Positions 62,928 through 64,000 of a stretch of DNA of 64,000 nucleotides are shown here, one piece after another. The stretch spans positions 672,001-736,000 of the forward strand of contig OY761611.1 of NCBI GenBank assembly GCA_963664875.1, read 5' to 3'. The notes under the pieces were generated by a model that made no database searches, was not told where the DNA came from, and saw only the letters and a list, made by a program, of their open reading frames with translations. A program made the translations under genes and the position numbers. Every line of letters starts with the position of its first letter. Within the stretch, counting starts at the first letter, position 1. The stretch comes from Candidatus Kapaibacterium sp. Its GTDB lineage: Bacteria; Bacteroidota; Ignavibacteria; Kapaibacteriales; UBA2268.

Positions 62928-64000
62928 ATGGGAAAGTTTGATACGTTGTACAAAATCTATTACGGAAAATACTTTAGATTATTTTTAGCATTATTAGTCT
63001 TTATAGCAGGTTTTGCAATACTGAATACTGTTAACAGCAAACAGTTCTATGATGAACTTTTAGAGCTAAGAAAAGTAGAAATTAAGAGAATCACAGACAT
63101 AGCTTATAATACAATAAATCCTATCCTTGCAGAGTATCGAGACGGCAAAATTGACAAGAATGAAGCTCTAAAGCAAGTAACTACAACTGTACGAAGAATG
63201 ACCTTCACCGACAATGTAACTCTAAATTATGTATTTATGAGTAGCTACTTTGGTGAGATGTTAGTTCAGCCCTACGAACCGGAACACGAAGGTTCAAATA
63301 TGTTACATTTGCAGGATTTCAACGGGAAATATATAATCAAAGAACTGATTAAAACAGCGAAATCTCCTGCCGGAAGAGGATTCGTAGAATACAACTACTT
63401 TCCACCTATGGGTAACGACCCTGAAATGAAAATATCCTATGTCAGAGGAATTCCTGAATTGGAAGCATATATTGGTGTAGGGATGTATATTTTTGATTTG
63501 GAAGCTACTTTTAGTCGCGGGCGAATAAATGCAGTAATTTATGATTTTCTCGTCGGAGTCTTGACTATTGCTTTGATTTTTCTTTTTATTATGCCATACC
63601 TTAAAACATACTCTCTATTCGAAAGTACTTTTAAAGAAATTCAAAACAATCCCGAAAAGAAACCTATCATTACAGGAGTAAAAGATAATCCCAGAAGTGC
63701 ACTGCAAAAACTTGTCAAATCCTTTGACATGATGCTAAATTCTACTTTTAGTAAACAGACGGAACTGCAGGAAGCTAAAGATAAGTTACTTGCCGAAATT
63801 GAAGAAAAGAAAGTTACTCAAAAAGAACTTGCAAGAACTACTGCTATTCTCAAAGAGGAACTTGCTCAGTCTCCTGCAGGTATTGTAATCACAGACAGCA
63901 AAACAATTCAGGCTAATATGATTTCTAAAACTGCAATAGAGATATTAGGAATTAAAATGCACCATTTGACCAAACTATCGCTTTCTGATGAGTCAGAATT
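62928..64000 (+). CDS. Membrane sensor with single Cache (sCache_2) domain; 3' end runs off the right edge
   Basis: Translated by hand from ATG 62928: TM helix, then NYVFMSSY.GEMLVQP...QDFNGKYII...GRGFVEYNY...KISYVRG...IGVGMY, a second TM, a coiled coil and the start of a PAS-like segment (SPAGIVITD). Confidence 0.82.
   Translation, partial: MGKFDTLYKIYYGKYFRLFLALLVFIAGFAILNTVNSKQFYDELLELRKVEIKRITDIAYNTINPILAEYRDGKIDKNEALKQVTTTVRRMTFTDNVTLNYVFMSSYFGEMLVQPYEPEHEGSNMLHLQDFNGKYIIKELIKTAKSPAGRGFVEYNYFPPMGNDPEMKISYVRGIPELEAYIGVGMYIFDLEATFSRGRINAVIYDFLVGVLTIALIFLFIMPYLKTYSLFESTFKEIQNNPEKKPIITGVKDNPRSALQKLVKSFDMMLNSTFSKQTELQEAKDKLLAEIEEKKVTQKELARTTAILKEELAQSPAGIVITDSKTIQANMISKTAIEILGIKMHHLTKLSLSDESE

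Overview
An AT-rich bacterial chromosomal segment. It is most likely from the FCB superphylum (Kapabacteria/Ignavibacteria-like). This is inferred from T9SS C-terminal sorting domains, Bacteroidota-type TAnnTTTG promoter boxes, GGAG/GAGG ribosome-binding sites, IleRS2 with GIHH and a eukaryote-type citrate synthase. Most of the window is housekeeping: hisS (partial), ispG, pgk, gap, gcvPA, ridA, mazG, UvrD, mdh, citrate synthase, ileS-dksA-lspA-rluD and tRNA-Pro(CGG). It also holds five T9SS-type secreted proteins and several signalling genes. No integrase, transposase, prophage, rRNA or CRISPR array was seen. The most notable items are: (1) an ECF sigma factor coupled to a predicted inner-membrane-anchored protein with a long disordered linker and a C-terminal outer-membrane beta-barrel (Dma-like dual-membrane anti-sigma architecture), followed by a free-standing paralog of the same barrel and preceded by an ECF-type promoter; (2) a three-kinase signalling operon whose middle member has Tyr in place of the phospho-acceptor His, as in DivL; (3) a structured CA-rich RNA candidate with its own promoter box; (4) a catalytically degenerate SDR duplicate, a second divergent PGK, an orphan CheZ and an AT-hook DksA; (5) MITE/REP relics between ileS and dksA. 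All calls come from visual motif recognition. No searches were run.
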